From: a virus
IMG/VR virus record: IMGVR_UViG_3300038701_001110
Coordinates: 1 to 63,042 of that record
Length of the DNA: 63,042 nt
Reading direction: 5' to 3' (one strand)
Shown here: positions 5,718 through 13,736 of the stretch, piece by piece
Numbering within the stretch: the first letter of the stretch is position 1
How the letters are laid out: each line of letters opens with the position of its first letter
The notes under the pieces: model-generated
What the model saw: the letters and a program-made list of their open reading frames with translations, nothing else
Databases searched by the model: none
What the model was told of the DNA's origin: nothing
Made by a program: the position numbers and the translations under genes

Positions 5718-6809
5718 ATGAACCAAGCACATACCATGTATCTCGTGAGCCTCGATCAAGCGACGAACCTGATCAAGGTGGGTGGTCACAAGCGCACCGT
5801 TCTGGTGCAGGGCCATACCGGCACAGGTAAGAGTTCTATCCTGCGCACCCTCGCTCAGGAGATGCCGACCCACACGGCGTGCTACTTCGACTGCACCACG
5901 AAGGACTTGGGCGACATCATGATCCCCAAGATGAAGGACCTCGACGGGCAGGACTACGTGCAGTTCGCCACCAACGAGGAGCTGGGTCTGCACCTGCGGG
6001 ACAAGCCGATCATCCTGATGATCGACGAATACGGCAAGGCCAACCCGATGGTGAAGAACGCCCTGCTGCGCCTCATGCTGGAGCGTCAGGTTGGCAGCTA
6101 CAAGCTGCACCCGGAGAGCATTGTGTTCGCTACCACCAACCTCGGCGCCGAGGGTGTCGGGGACATTCTGCCACCCCATGCACGCAACCGCATAACAGTG
6201 GTGCAGAGTCGCAAGCCGTCCCATACCGACTGGATCGAGTGGGGTATCAACAACGGTATCGACCACAGCCTGCTCGGCTGGGTGCGTGACAACCCGCAGC
6301 TGTTCCAGTCCTTCGAGGATGTGCAGTCGCCTGACGAGAACCCCTACATCTACCACCCACGCTCGCAGCGCGCTGCGTTCGTGACGCCTCGCTCCCTTGA
6401 GGCTGCGTCGGACTGGCTCAAGCTGCGTGACGGGCTCGACGACCAGACCGTGACCGCTGCCCTGATGGGTACTATCGGTGATCGTGCGGCGATGGACCTG
6501 ATGGCGTTTGTGCGACTGGCTGATGACCTGCCGACAATGAAGCAGATCAAGGAGGATCCCGAGAACGCACCGGTGCCGCAGTCGCCGGCCGCCGCCTGTA
6601 TGGTGGTGTTCCGCACACTGTCCAGCATCGAGATTGACTGGGTCGACGCGTGGGTGACCTACGTCAAGCGCATGAGCGACGAGGCTGTCGGCGTGTTCAT
6701 CAACGGCGTACGCACCCCGAAATACAGCAGGGCTGGTGTGGTCATGACCAACAATAGCTTCACCGATCTCGTGCGTGACCGGTCCTACCTGTTCACCGCA
6801 GACCAGTGA
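5718..6809 (+). CDS. AAA+ ATPase, MoxR/CobS-like, 363 aa
   Basis: Walker A GHTGTGKS, Walker B ILMIDEYG, and an arginine-containing segment (PHARNR) after sensor 1. Adjacent to a VWA partner. Confidence 0.8.
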   Translation: MNQAHTMYLVSLDQATNLIKVGGHKRTVLVQGHTGTGKSSILRTLAQEMPTHTACYFDCTTKDLGDIMIPKMKDLDGQDYVQFATNEELGLHLRDKPIILMIDEYGKANPMVKNALLRLMLERQVGSYKLHPESIVFATTNLGAEGVGDILPPHARNRITVVQSRKPSHTDWIEWGINNGIDHSLLGWVRDNPQLFQSFEDVQSPDENPYIYHPRSQRAAFVTPRSLEAASDWLKLRDGLDDQTVTAALMGTIGDRAAMDLMAFVRLADDLPTMKQIKEDPENAPVPQSPAAACMVVFRTLSSIEIDWVDAWVTYVKRMSDEAVGVFINGVRTPKYSRAGVVMTNNSFTDLVRDRSYLFTADQ

Positions 6810-6826
6810 GACAATCAGCGAGGCGC

Positions 6827-6845
6827 GTTATGCGCCTCGCATAAC
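6827..6845 (+). promoter_or_regulatory. Early-arm palindrome copy (G:C covariant stem)
   Basis: GTTATGCG-CCT-CGCATAAC; ends 17 nt before ATG 6863. Overlaps a perfect 9-bp competing hairpin, GCGAGGCGC-GTTAT-GCGCCTCGC (6818-6840). Confidence 0.7.
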
Positions 6846-6862
6846 CATGGGAGAAGTAACCA

Positions 6863-8095
6863 ATGATCAAGACAACCAACATCAGCGCAGAACAGCGGCT
6901 GGAGAAAGCCGTGCTGGCTATCATGCACAGGCCAGAGTATATCGCCCTGTCCGGCGTGATGATGATCGGCAAGCGCACCGTGACAGACTCGCCGAAAGTG
7001 CCGACAGCCTGCACGAACGGGCGTGACGAGGCGTATGGGCGGCAGTTCGTCGGCACGCTGACCGACGCCGAGCTGCGCTTCCTCGTGCTGCACGAGGTCT
7101 ACCACAAGCTCTACAAACACCTGACCACATGGCGCTGGATGTATGACCGGAACGCCAAGGTTGCCAACATGGCCTGCGACTACGTGATCAACATCCAGCT
7201 GTCCGACGCTCACCGTGACGGGTGGGCCAAGATGCCCGACGGTGGACTGCTCGACCCGAAGTATCGGGGATGGGATAGCGCCAAGGTGTTCCACGACCTG
7301 ATGAAGGACGCGCAGCAGCGGCCGCAGGGCGGCAGCGGCGGTCAGGGTGGACAGGGTGACGGTCAGCCTCAGCCGGGTGAACAGGGCGGTGGCTTCGACG
7401 AGCACGACTGGGACGGTGCCAAGGAGATGCCCACCGAGGAGAAGGAAGCGCTGGCCCGGGACATTGACGAGGCCCTGCGTCAAGGCGCGCTGGTGGCTGG
7501 CAAGCTGGGCACGGGTGGTGACCGCACGTTCGAGGACCTGCTCCAGCCCAAGATCGACTGGCGCGAGGTGCTGCGGGAGTTCATCCAGAACACCTGTGCC
7601 GGGTCTGACTACTCAACGTGGCAGAAGCCTAGCCGCCGGTATATCGGCGCCGGGTACTATATGCCGTCCGGCATATCCGAAAGAATAGGCGAGATCGTCG
7701 CTGCACCTGACATGTCCGGCTCCATCGGTGATGTTGAGATCCGCGCCATGCTGGGAGAGATCAAGGGCATCGCTGATATCGTCCACCCCGAGGCTATCCG
7801 GTTGCTCTACTGGGACACCGAGGTGACGCAGGACGAGCGGTATGAGACGCACGAGCTCGACACCATGATGCAGACAACCAAGCCCAAGGGTGGCGGCGGG
7901 ACGGCCCCTGACTGCGTGCCACGCTACATGACCGAGAACAACATCGAGGCTCAGTGCGCTGTCGTGCTGACCGACGGCTACGTCGGCAACTGGGGGAACT
8001 GGTCATGCCCTGTGCTCTGGGTCGTCGTCGACAACCCCCGCGCCAACCCGCCGTTCGGCAAGGTTGTGCACATCGAAGCAAGTGATCTGAGATAA
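6863..8095 (+). CDS. VWA-domain protein with N-terminal HExxH metallopeptidase-like domain, 410 aa
   Basis: LHEVYH motif near residue 75, MIDAS-like DMSGS in the C-terminal half, VLTDGY, and a Gly/Gln-rich linker. Classic partner of MoxR-type ATPases. Confidence 0.75.
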   Translation: MIKTTNISAEQRLEKAVLAIMHRPEYIALSGVMMIGKRTVTDSPKVPTACTNGRDEAYGRQFVGTLTDAELRFLVLHEVYHKLYKHLTTWRWMYDRNAKVANMACDYVINIQLSDAHRDGWAKMPDGGLLDPKYRGWDSAKVFHDLMKDAQQRPQGGSGGQGGQGDGQPQPGEQGGGFDEHDWDGAKEMPTEEKEALARDIDEALRQGALVAGKLGTGGDRTFEDLLQPKIDWREVLREFIQNTCAGSDYSTWQKPSRRYIGAGYYMPSGISERIGEIVAAPDMSGSIGDVEIRAMLGEIKGIADIVHPEAIRLLYWDTEVTQDERYETHELDTMMQTTKPKGGGGTAPDCVPRYMTENNIEAQCAVVLTDGYVGNWGNWSCPVLWVVVDNPRANPPFGKVVHIEASDLR

Positions 8096-8104
8096 ACGAA
8101 GGAG

Positions 8105-8695
8105 ATGGAAATGAGACTTACCAACGGCATTCGCGACGCCATCCTGTATAAAGCCATGACCGGTGTCCCAGCGATAGACTATATCGCCAAGCTGGTCCCT
8201 GTGATCCAAGGTGTGATCTACAAGCATATGCCCGATAAGGTTAAGGCGGTATATGACGATGAGGACTCCAGAAAATATCTCCACAGCACGAGATGTGTCA
8301 TCAAGGATGGGAACAAGTGGTATTGGGTCGAACCGCTTCTCCGCGGATTGGACAATGCCAACAATCTTGAAATCCAAATCAACCCAGACGCGGTCAGTAT
8401 TATGAAAAAGGGCACGCTCCGGTTTGATCTGTCGAAGGCTGTGATAGCCACAGGCTATGTTGAAAAGCACATCGAGCAGGTTGAGCTACGCAAGGATGTC
8501 GAGCGCAGGCTCAGGAACACTCTTCGTTCTGTGACCACAACGAAACGCCTGCGTGAGGTTTTGGAACCAGAGCTGCATCACCTGATCCCGGTCGAGAGTG
8601 CAAGTGGGGCCAACCTTCCGGCACTGGCAGCCCCCGTCGTTTCCGATTTGCGCAAGCTCGGGGCCCAGCTACCCGATGTTCCGAAGGCGAAGTGA
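8105..8695 (+). CDS. Hypothetical protein, 196 aa (alternative start 8111)
   Basis: GGAG abuts ATG 8105, so the in-frame ATG 8111 has better spacing. Lower GC than its neighbours. Confidence 0.75.
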   Translation: MEMRLTNGIRDAILYKAMTGVPAIDYIAKLVPVIQGVIYKHMPDKVKAVYDDEDSRKYLHSTRCVIKDGNKWYWVEPLLRGLDNANNLEIQINPDAVSIMKKGTLRFDLSKAVIATGYVEKHIEQVELRKDVERRLRNTLRSVTTTKRLREVLEPELHHLIPVESASGANLPALAAPVVSDLRKLGAQLPDVPKAK

Positions 8696-8705
8696 GCGTC
8701 TCACT

Positions 8706-8727
8706 GTATAGCCCCACGGGGCTATAC
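8706..8727 (+). other. Strong hairpin after the stop codon (GTATAGCCCC/GGGGCTATAC)
   Basis: 10-nt perfect inverted repeat with no U-tract. Similar in its AGCCCCAC..GGGGCT core to the hairpin at 2532-2547. Confidence 0.6.
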
Positions 8728-8749
8728 TATCGGGTGCTCACCCGGCGCC

Positions 8750-8768
8750 GTTATACGCGGCGTATAAC
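8750..8768 (+). promoter_or_regulatory. Early-arm palindrome copy
   Basis: GTTATACG-CGG-CGTATAAC; ends 14 nt before ATG 8783. Confidence 0.7.
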
Positions 8769-8782
8769 CAAAGGAGACTAAC

Positions 8783-9676
8783 ATGAACTTTGAATCCACC
8801 CCCACCGTGTCCGCGCCTTCCATCTCTTCCTCGGCCATGCTGGTCGATCTCGGCATCTCTGTCTGGACCGGTCGCAAGAAGGACAAGCGCGCGTCGGCCG
8901 AGGTCGCCGACACCAACCATGCCAATCGTGGCGTGGCGTCCGTGAACAAGGCCCTGCTCGGTGACTGTGCTGAGCTGACCGCCATCAGCAAGTTCGCATC
9001 TATGGTGCGCCAGTCGCACTACGCTTCGACCATGCCGTGGTCCGACACCGGCCTGCGCCTGCTGCCCACGCAGCGCTACTTCGCCTATGTTGAGCAGATG
9101 AGCGGCTTCCAGCAGGAGTTCAACCGGCTGGTCGAGGCGTTCCTGTCCAACTACGAGTGGGAGGTGCTGCAGGCTCACGCCAAGCTCGGTGATCTGTTCA
9201 ACGCTGACGAGTATCCCACCGTCGACTCCCTGCGCGACAAGTTCGGGTTCCGTCTCAACTACATCCCCCTGCCCGACAGCGGCGACTGGCGCGTGGACAT
9301 GGAGGCTGAGGCTCAGCAGGCTCTGCGTGAGCAATATGATGGCTTCTACCGCAAGCAGATGGAGACAGCCATGGACGACGTGATCCAGCGTGTCACCGGC
9401 GAGCTGCAGCGCTTCGTCAAGCAGCTGGACGTGGATGAGGATGGTCGCCGCGGCAAGATCTACCAGTCGACCCTCGACAACGTGCGCAACCTGACCAAGC
9501 TTCTGGAGGAGTGCAACTTCACCAACGACCCGACCATCTCGCTCGCACTCGCCAAGCTGCGCCAGACCCTGCGCGGTCTCGACCCGACAGCCCTCAAGAA
9601 GAACGAGGCGTTCCGTGACGAGACCAAGCGTGACCTGCAGGCTGCCATCGCAGCGCTGCCTTCGCTCGACATGTGA
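8783..9676 (+). CDS. Hypothetical protein, 297 aa; possibly DUF3150-like
   Basis: AAGGAGA RBS. The N-terminal pattern LVDLGISVWTGRKKDKRA resembles, from memory, proteins that accompany CobS/CobT-like ATPase-VWA pairs on plasmids. Not verified. Confidence 0.7.
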   Translation: MNFESTPTVSAPSISSSAMLVDLGISVWTGRKKDKRASAEVADTNHANRGVASVNKALLGDCAELTAISKFASMVRQSHYASTMPWSDTGLRLLPTQRYFAYVEQMSGFQQEFNRLVEAFLSNYEWEVLQAHAKLGDLFNADEYPTVDSLRDKFGFRLNYIPLPDSGDWRVDMEAEAQQALREQYDGFYRKQMETAMDDVIQRVTGELQRFVKQLDVDEDGRRGKIYQSTLDNVRNLTKLLEECNFTNDPTISLALAKLRQTLRGLDPTALKKNEAFRDETKRDLQAAIAALPSLDM

Positions 9677-9701
9677 GCATACACAACGGCGGGGCGTGTA
9701 G

Positions 9702-9720
9702 GTTATGCGCCCCGCATAAC
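9702..9720 (+). promoter_or_regulatory. Early-arm palindrome copy (G:C covariant stem)
   Basis: GTTATGCG-CCC-CGCATAAC; ends 16 nt before ATG 9737. A competing 8-bp helix pairs GCGGGGCG (9689-9696) with CGCCCCGC (9708-9715). Confidence 0.7.
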
Positions 9721-9736
9721 CAACGGAGTAAGCAAT

Positions 9737-10342
9737 ATGGCAATATCTGACGAACACAAAGCCAAGCTGATCGAGGAGCATCGTGACATCAACGTGGGCT
9801 GGGGTGAATGGTGGGACGCGGTCTACGACGACTTCAAGTCGATCTGCACCATCCTCGGTATCACGCTGGACAAGAACGAGCCGTCCTTTTCTGGGTTCTG
9901 GAACCAAGGTGACGGTGCGTCGTTCACCGGTGACTTCTCACCGAGATATATATTGGATGCCCCGGCCAAGATGCGTGAGTATGCGCCGAAAGACGTGGAG
10001 CTGCACCGCATAGCGGACGAGCTGTGCGAGCTGAACATCATCTATCTTGCCAAGTTCTGGGCTACCATACGTCGGGGCGCCACCTACTACTGCCATTCCA
10101 ACACGATGATCAGTGAGATCGAGATCTTGGACGAGGATGAAGACTTCTGGCCCAATGAGGTGTTCGACATTGTCGATGCGAGCTTCCAGCAGCTGATGCG
10201 AGACTTGGCCAACTGGCTCTACGAGGCGCTCGAGAATGAATACGACCACCTCACCAGCGACGAGGGGGTGTGGGAAGCCATCGTGGCGAACGAACTGGAT
10301 GAAGAAGAGGAGGATGGGGATGAAGAAGAGGATGAGGATTGA
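9737..10342 (+). CDS. Acidic protein with poly-Asp/Glu tail, 201 aa
   Basis: ACGGAG RBS. Ends ...ELDEEEEDGDEEEDED. Contains the internal motif FSGFWNQGDGASFTGDF. Confidence 0.8.
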   Translation: MAISDEHKAKLIEEHRDINVGWGEWWDAVYDDFKSICTILGITLDKNEPSFSGFWNQGDGASFTGDFSPRYILDAPAKMREYAPKDVELHRIADELCELNIIYLAKFWATIRRGATYYCHSNTMISEIEILDEDEDFWPNEVFDIVDASFQQLMRDLANWLYEALENEYDHLTSDEGVWEAIVANELDEEEEDGDEEEDED

Positions 10343-10769
10343 TCTCGAGCGCGCGAGCCTAGCGACAATGGTAAACAGATCCAAGGCGGCAGGTGTCGAT
10401 GGCGACCTTAACGTGGAGTGGTGGGCGAAAAAGAGCACTTTCGAACGATCCACCTACATACACAGACTGATTCACATGATGCACAACAGCATGCCGCTGG
10501 ACGACGATCCCGTATTACGGGTTCAATTGAACGCGGACGGCACATACCAGACCCTTCGTATGTTCGTCGCGTCTCCCAAAAACATCCGGTATTACGACAC
10601 TCGCGATGAGCTGCCACAGTGGGTGCAAGACCGCATGCTGATGCTCGACATGATGCGCGATGCAAACATCAAAGATCGCAAGATCGAAGGCATTGGCATG
10701 ATGGTGACCGACACTGTGTATTGGCTCAACCCAATGGATGAGGAAGACAACAATGGCTATGACACCTGA
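10320..10769 (+). CDS. Hypothetical protein, 149 aa
   Basis: Start chosen at ATG 10320, behind GAGGAGG (10307-10313). The track ORF begins further upstream inside the previous gene. Confidence 0.7.
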   Translation: MKKRMRIDLERASLATMVNRSKAAGVDGDLNVEWWAKKSTFERSTYIHRLIHMMHNSMPLDDDPVLRVQLNADGTYQTLRMFVASPKNIRYYDTRDELPQWVQDRMLMLDMMRDANIKDRKIEGIGMMVTDTVYWLNPMDEEDNNGYDT

Positions 10770-11076
10770 GAAGAAAGTGAAACAGAAAGTGGTGGCAGTG
10801 CTCAAGAAGCACGGCGCCTATTATTTCTATCCGGTGACGGGGGGATACGGATCAAGCGGGGTGCCTGATATTATCGCTTGCGTCGCTGGTCAGTTTGTTG
10901 GTATAGAGTGTAAAGCGGGTAAAAACCGCCCAACAAAACTACAGGAGGCTAACCTAGACAAAATAGCAGAGTGTGGGGGGATCGCACTCATCATCAATGA
11001 AACTAATGTTCATGTGCTCGACACCATGCTGAGCCAACTAGGAGAAAGCAATGACTATGACAATGACAACATTTGA
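10753..11076 (+). CDS. VRR-NUC-type PD-(D/E)xK nuclease, 107 aa
   Basis: GVPDIIACVAGQFVGIECK...Q motif order typical of VRR-NUC. GAGGAAG RBS before ATG 10753. Confidence 0.7.
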   Translation: MAMTPEKKVKQKVVAVLKKHGAYYFYPVTGGYGSSGVPDIIACVAGQFVGIECKAGKNRPTKLQEANLDKIAECGGIALIINETNVHVLDTMLSQLGESNDYDNDNI

Positions 11077-11593
11077 GCGTCGCGTCCCTGTCGTGGCGGA
11101 CATCGTGATCTACAAGGTTCTGCCGACAGGCGTTGCGTTTGCGGAACGCTACGACACCGGCGAGAATGTGTACATCAACCACAGTGTGGCAGCCATCTCC
11201 GGCGTCCGAGAGGGGGACGTTCGGAAAGCGAAACTGGTAACAAACAACGGCCCGTCGACAACGCCTTGGTTTGCAACATACGTCGCCAAGGCTGTGGAAG
11301 CTGCGGTCGAACCAGAGCTTGAACTGGACCTCCAGACGGAGCCCGAGCCGGAATTGCACACTGAGCCAGAGATGAGCCATGAAGCTTTGGCAATGAAGCT
11401 CATTGACGAGATGACGCTCGTGTCAACGCAAGAGGTGCGCGAGGAGCTCGGCATCAACCCTGTGGAGGCGTCCAACCTGCTCATGCGCCTGCACCGCAAG
11501 GGGCTTCTGCAGCGGGTCGAAGTGTACAAGGCCCACGATCAGTCTCGGGCGTCTCGCCGACTCTGGACCAAGGACATCGAGCTGGTTCTGTGA
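11051..11593 (+). CDS. Hypothetical protein with acidic linker and C-terminal winged-helix-like segment, 180 aa
   Basis: AGGAGA RBS. The EPELELDLQTEPEPELHTEPE linker is followed by a helical region resembling a wHTH. Confidence 0.75.
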   Translation: MTMTMTTFERRVPVVADIVIYKVLPTGVAFAERYDTGENVYINHSVAAISGVREGDVRKAKLVTNNGPSTTPWFATYVAKAVEAAVEPELELDLQTEPEPELHTEPEMSHEALAMKLIDEMTLVSTQEVREELGINPVEASNLLMRLHRKGLLQRVEVYKAHDQSRASRRLWTKDIELVL

Positions 11594-11732
11594 GTTTCGT
11601 GGGTCGGGCGTCTGAACGTGGCGCATTCTGGTAGCACAGCCAACACCCAAACCACTCTTGGCGGTTCCAAGGTTGAGTTGCTCCCGACCCACACCATCGA
11701 AATACCAAGCTGGGAGGCTTGGCGCAAGGGTC

Positions 11733-11751
11733 GTTATACGACCCGCATAAC
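11733..11751 (+). promoter_or_regulatory. Early-arm palindrome copy (one A/C mismatch)
   Basis: GTTATACG-ACC-CGCATAAC; ends 21 nt before ATG 11773. A competing 6-bp helix pairs GGGTCG (11728-11733) with CGACCC (11739-11744). Confidence 0.7.
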
Positions 11752-11772
11752 AACGCACCAAAGGAGAATGAC

Positions 11773-12330
11773 ATGCGTAAAGTTATCGTGAAGATCGAAG
11801 GCATCTCGCCCTACAGCCAGAGCCGCATGCACGACGAGCCGAAGCTCGACAAGGAGTCGGCCAACGACTACGAGAACCGCACATGGCGTGAGCGGTGCAA
11901 CACCGACAAAGACGGCATGGTGGTGATCCCTGCGATGGCGTTCAAGCAGGCCCTGCCCATCGCCTGCAAGAAGATCGGCCGGCAGATCCCGGGGCGCGGC
12001 AAGTCCACATACACTAAGTATTTCGAGGGTGACGTGCTGTGTGTCGCTGACGCCAAGCTCGGTCTCCACAAGGACGACATGCGTAAGGTGACGATCAACG
12101 CCCATGCGAACGGTCAGCGCGGCTCCGGCACGCGTGTGAAGCGCCACTTCCCTGTGGTGGATGAGTGGCAGACAGAGGTTGAGTTCCTGATCTTCGACGA
12201 CACCATCACCCGTGACGTGTTCGAGGAGACGTTCACAGCTGCAGGCATGGGTGTTGGCATTGGTCGCTTCCGTCCCGAGAACGGTGGCGTGAACGGTCGG
12301 TTCCGCCCGGTCGAGTTCATCTGGGAATGA
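11773..12330 (+). CDS. Hypothetical protein, 185 aa
   Basis: AAGGAGA RBS before ATG 11773. The track ORF start at 11719 lies inside the palindrome. Confidence 0.8.
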   Translation: MRKVIVKIEGISPYSQSRMHDEPKLDKESANDYENRTWRERCNTDKDGMVVIPAMAFKQALPIACKKIGRQIPGRGKSTYTKYFEGDVLCVADAKLGLHKDDMRKVTINAHANGQRGSGTRVKRHFPVVDEWQTEVEFLIFDDTITRDVFEETFTAAGMGVGIGRFRPENGGVNGRFRPVEFIWE

Positions 12331-12408
12331 TGTAGGTTTTCGACGCAACGCTGCTCCGCGCAATGCGCCTCAACGCCACCCCGAGCCATGCCACGCTGCG
12401 CACCTCGC

Positions 12409-12811
12409 CTCAACGCAACGAAAGGTTATGTCCAGCGCCACGCTCCGCGGCTCTACTCGGCGCTGCGCCTCGCAGCTCAACGCAACGAAAGGTTATGTCC
12501 ATCGCAGCGCAACGCATCGCTACGCTTCGCCGCTCCCAGCGTAGCTTCGCCTCGCCGCTCAACGCCGCGCAACACAACGCAACGAAATGTTATGTCCAGC
12601 GCATCGCTTCGCGGCGCAGCTCCGCGCTTCGCAGCTCCACTCAACGCAACGCAACGCAACGAAAGGTTATGCCCGCCGCTCCGCCGCGCCTCGCTCCGCT
12701 GCGCGCCTCAGCTCAACTCAACGCAACGAAAGGTTATGTCCGACGCTTCTCGACGCCTCGCGGCGCGACGCAGCTCAACTCACCGCGGCGCCCCGCAACT
12801 CAACGCAACGA
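12409..12811 (+). repeat. Iteron-like array: five copies plus one half copy of CTCAACGCAACGAAAGGTTATGTCC
   Basis: Copies at 12409-12433, 12476-12500, 12573-12597 (2 mismatches), 12650-12674 (2 mismatches), 12717-12741 (perfect), and a half copy at 12799-12811. Spacings are 67, 97, 77, 67 and 82 nt. All are in the same orientation inside a 500-bp gap with no credible gene. Confidence 0.85.
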
Positions 12812-12832
12812 CACCCACAAAGGAGAAACACC

Positions 12833-13225
12833 ATGTTCACAAGATCAAAGCTTACAGAGCAGCTGTGCCAACTGCTGCGGGAAACGAACCAAGACATCAG
12901 CTACGCCCGTATCGAGGCGGAGACGGGAAAAGACCTCGATAAGTTTCGAGCGGCCCTGTACAATGCGCGTCGATACCTCGAGCGCGACGAGGGTATTGTG
13001 TTTGCTCCCGTCCCGGGAGTCGGTCTGCGCCGCCTCACAGATGAGGAGAAGCTCGAAAGCTCCAAGACTTTCAACAAGACCATCAGGCGTACGGCGATCC
13101 GCGGTGTCACCCGGGTGAACGCCATCCAAGAGCCGGACAAGTTGAGCAACGCCGACCAGCTGACGCTGACAATCCAGCGGACGATCTTCGAAGCCGTGCA
13201 ACGTGAGACCGGGGAGAGGGGATGA
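12833..13225 (+). CDS. Hypothetical protein, 130 aa, immediately downstream of the repeat array
   Basis: AAGGAGA RBS before ATG 12833. The track ORF 12587-13225 runs back through the stop-free repeat region. Confidence 0.75.
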   Translation: MFTRSKLTEQLCQLLRETNQDISYARIEAETGKDLDKFRAALYNARRYLERDEGIVFAPVPGVGLRRLTDEEKLESSKTFNKTIRRTAIRGVTRVNAIQEPDKLSNADQLTLTIQRTIFEAVQRETGERG

Positions 13226-13452
13226 CAATGACCGAAGCACAACGTAAACGTCTCGCCCAACAGCGAGACAGAGAAGAAGCCGCTACAGAAGCCATGCTTG
13301 AAGCCATGCGCTGCCTTGGGTTTGAGGCGATCTGTCAGACCTTTGCAGGGCATGTTCTTGGGCGGCCTGACGTAACACCTACGCAGGTGCATGACGAGCT
13401 TCAGCGGCTGGCCCGCTGCGCGTGGGCAGAGATACCGGCGGGGGAAGTGTGA
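13222..13452 (+). CDS. Hypothetical protein, 76 aa
   Basis: ATGA overlap with the upstream stop. Confidence 0.7.
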   Translation: MTMTEAQRKRLAQQRDREEAATEAMLEAMRCLGFEAICQTFAGHVLGRPDVTPTQVHDELQRLARCAWAEIPAGEV

Positions 13453-13736
13453 TGAGTGATCTGCCAACTTACCACAAGGGCAAACGGAACTTCGGCACCG
13501 GCTACGACATGATGGACCGCATTGAAGCGTTGGAGGCCGAGGCGGAAGGCGCACTTGCCATCATCGCAGTAGAGCGGGCCGAGGTGATCAAGCTGCGGGA
13601 GGAAAACGAGCGGCTGCGGGGAACGCTCGTTTGGGTTGCCGATGTAACATCGCACAGCATGGGCCTAACCAAAAATGAAGAGCGCACAATCAACAAGGTT
13701 GCAACATCCGCCATGAAAGGAGACAGCGATGACTGA
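13452..13736 (+). CDS. Coiled-coil protein, 94 aa
   Basis: TGATG junction with the upstream stop (start at 13452). Heptad-like segment IEALEAEAEGALAIIAVERAEVIKLREENERLR. Confidence 0.7.
   Translation: MSDLPTYHKGKRNFGTGYDMMDRIEALEAEAEGALAIIAVERAEVIKLREENERLRGTLVWVADVTSHSMGLTKNEERTINKVATSAMKGDSDD

Noticed and set aside
11601-11691. tRNA gene
   Set aside because: An 8-bp closing helix exists, but the span is about 90 nt with no recognisable D-arm, no anticodon arm and no 7-nt T-loop. It is kept only as a low-interest structured-RNA candidate.
12409-12811. Possible CRISPR array or solitary CRISPR-repeat mimic
   Set aside because: The repeats are about 25 nt with no internal hairpin. The spacings are irregular (67-97 nt start to start), and the intervening sequences are related low-complexity GC-rich material rather than unique spacers. 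There are no cas genes.
12363-13225. Three overlapping + strand ORFs (251, 184 and 212 aa) across 12363-13225
   Set aside because: They cover the stop-free direct-repeat array and translate to low-complexity R/A/S/P/Q strings. There is no RBS at their starts. Only the 3' part of one frame, from ATG 12833 behind AAGGAGA, looks like a gene.
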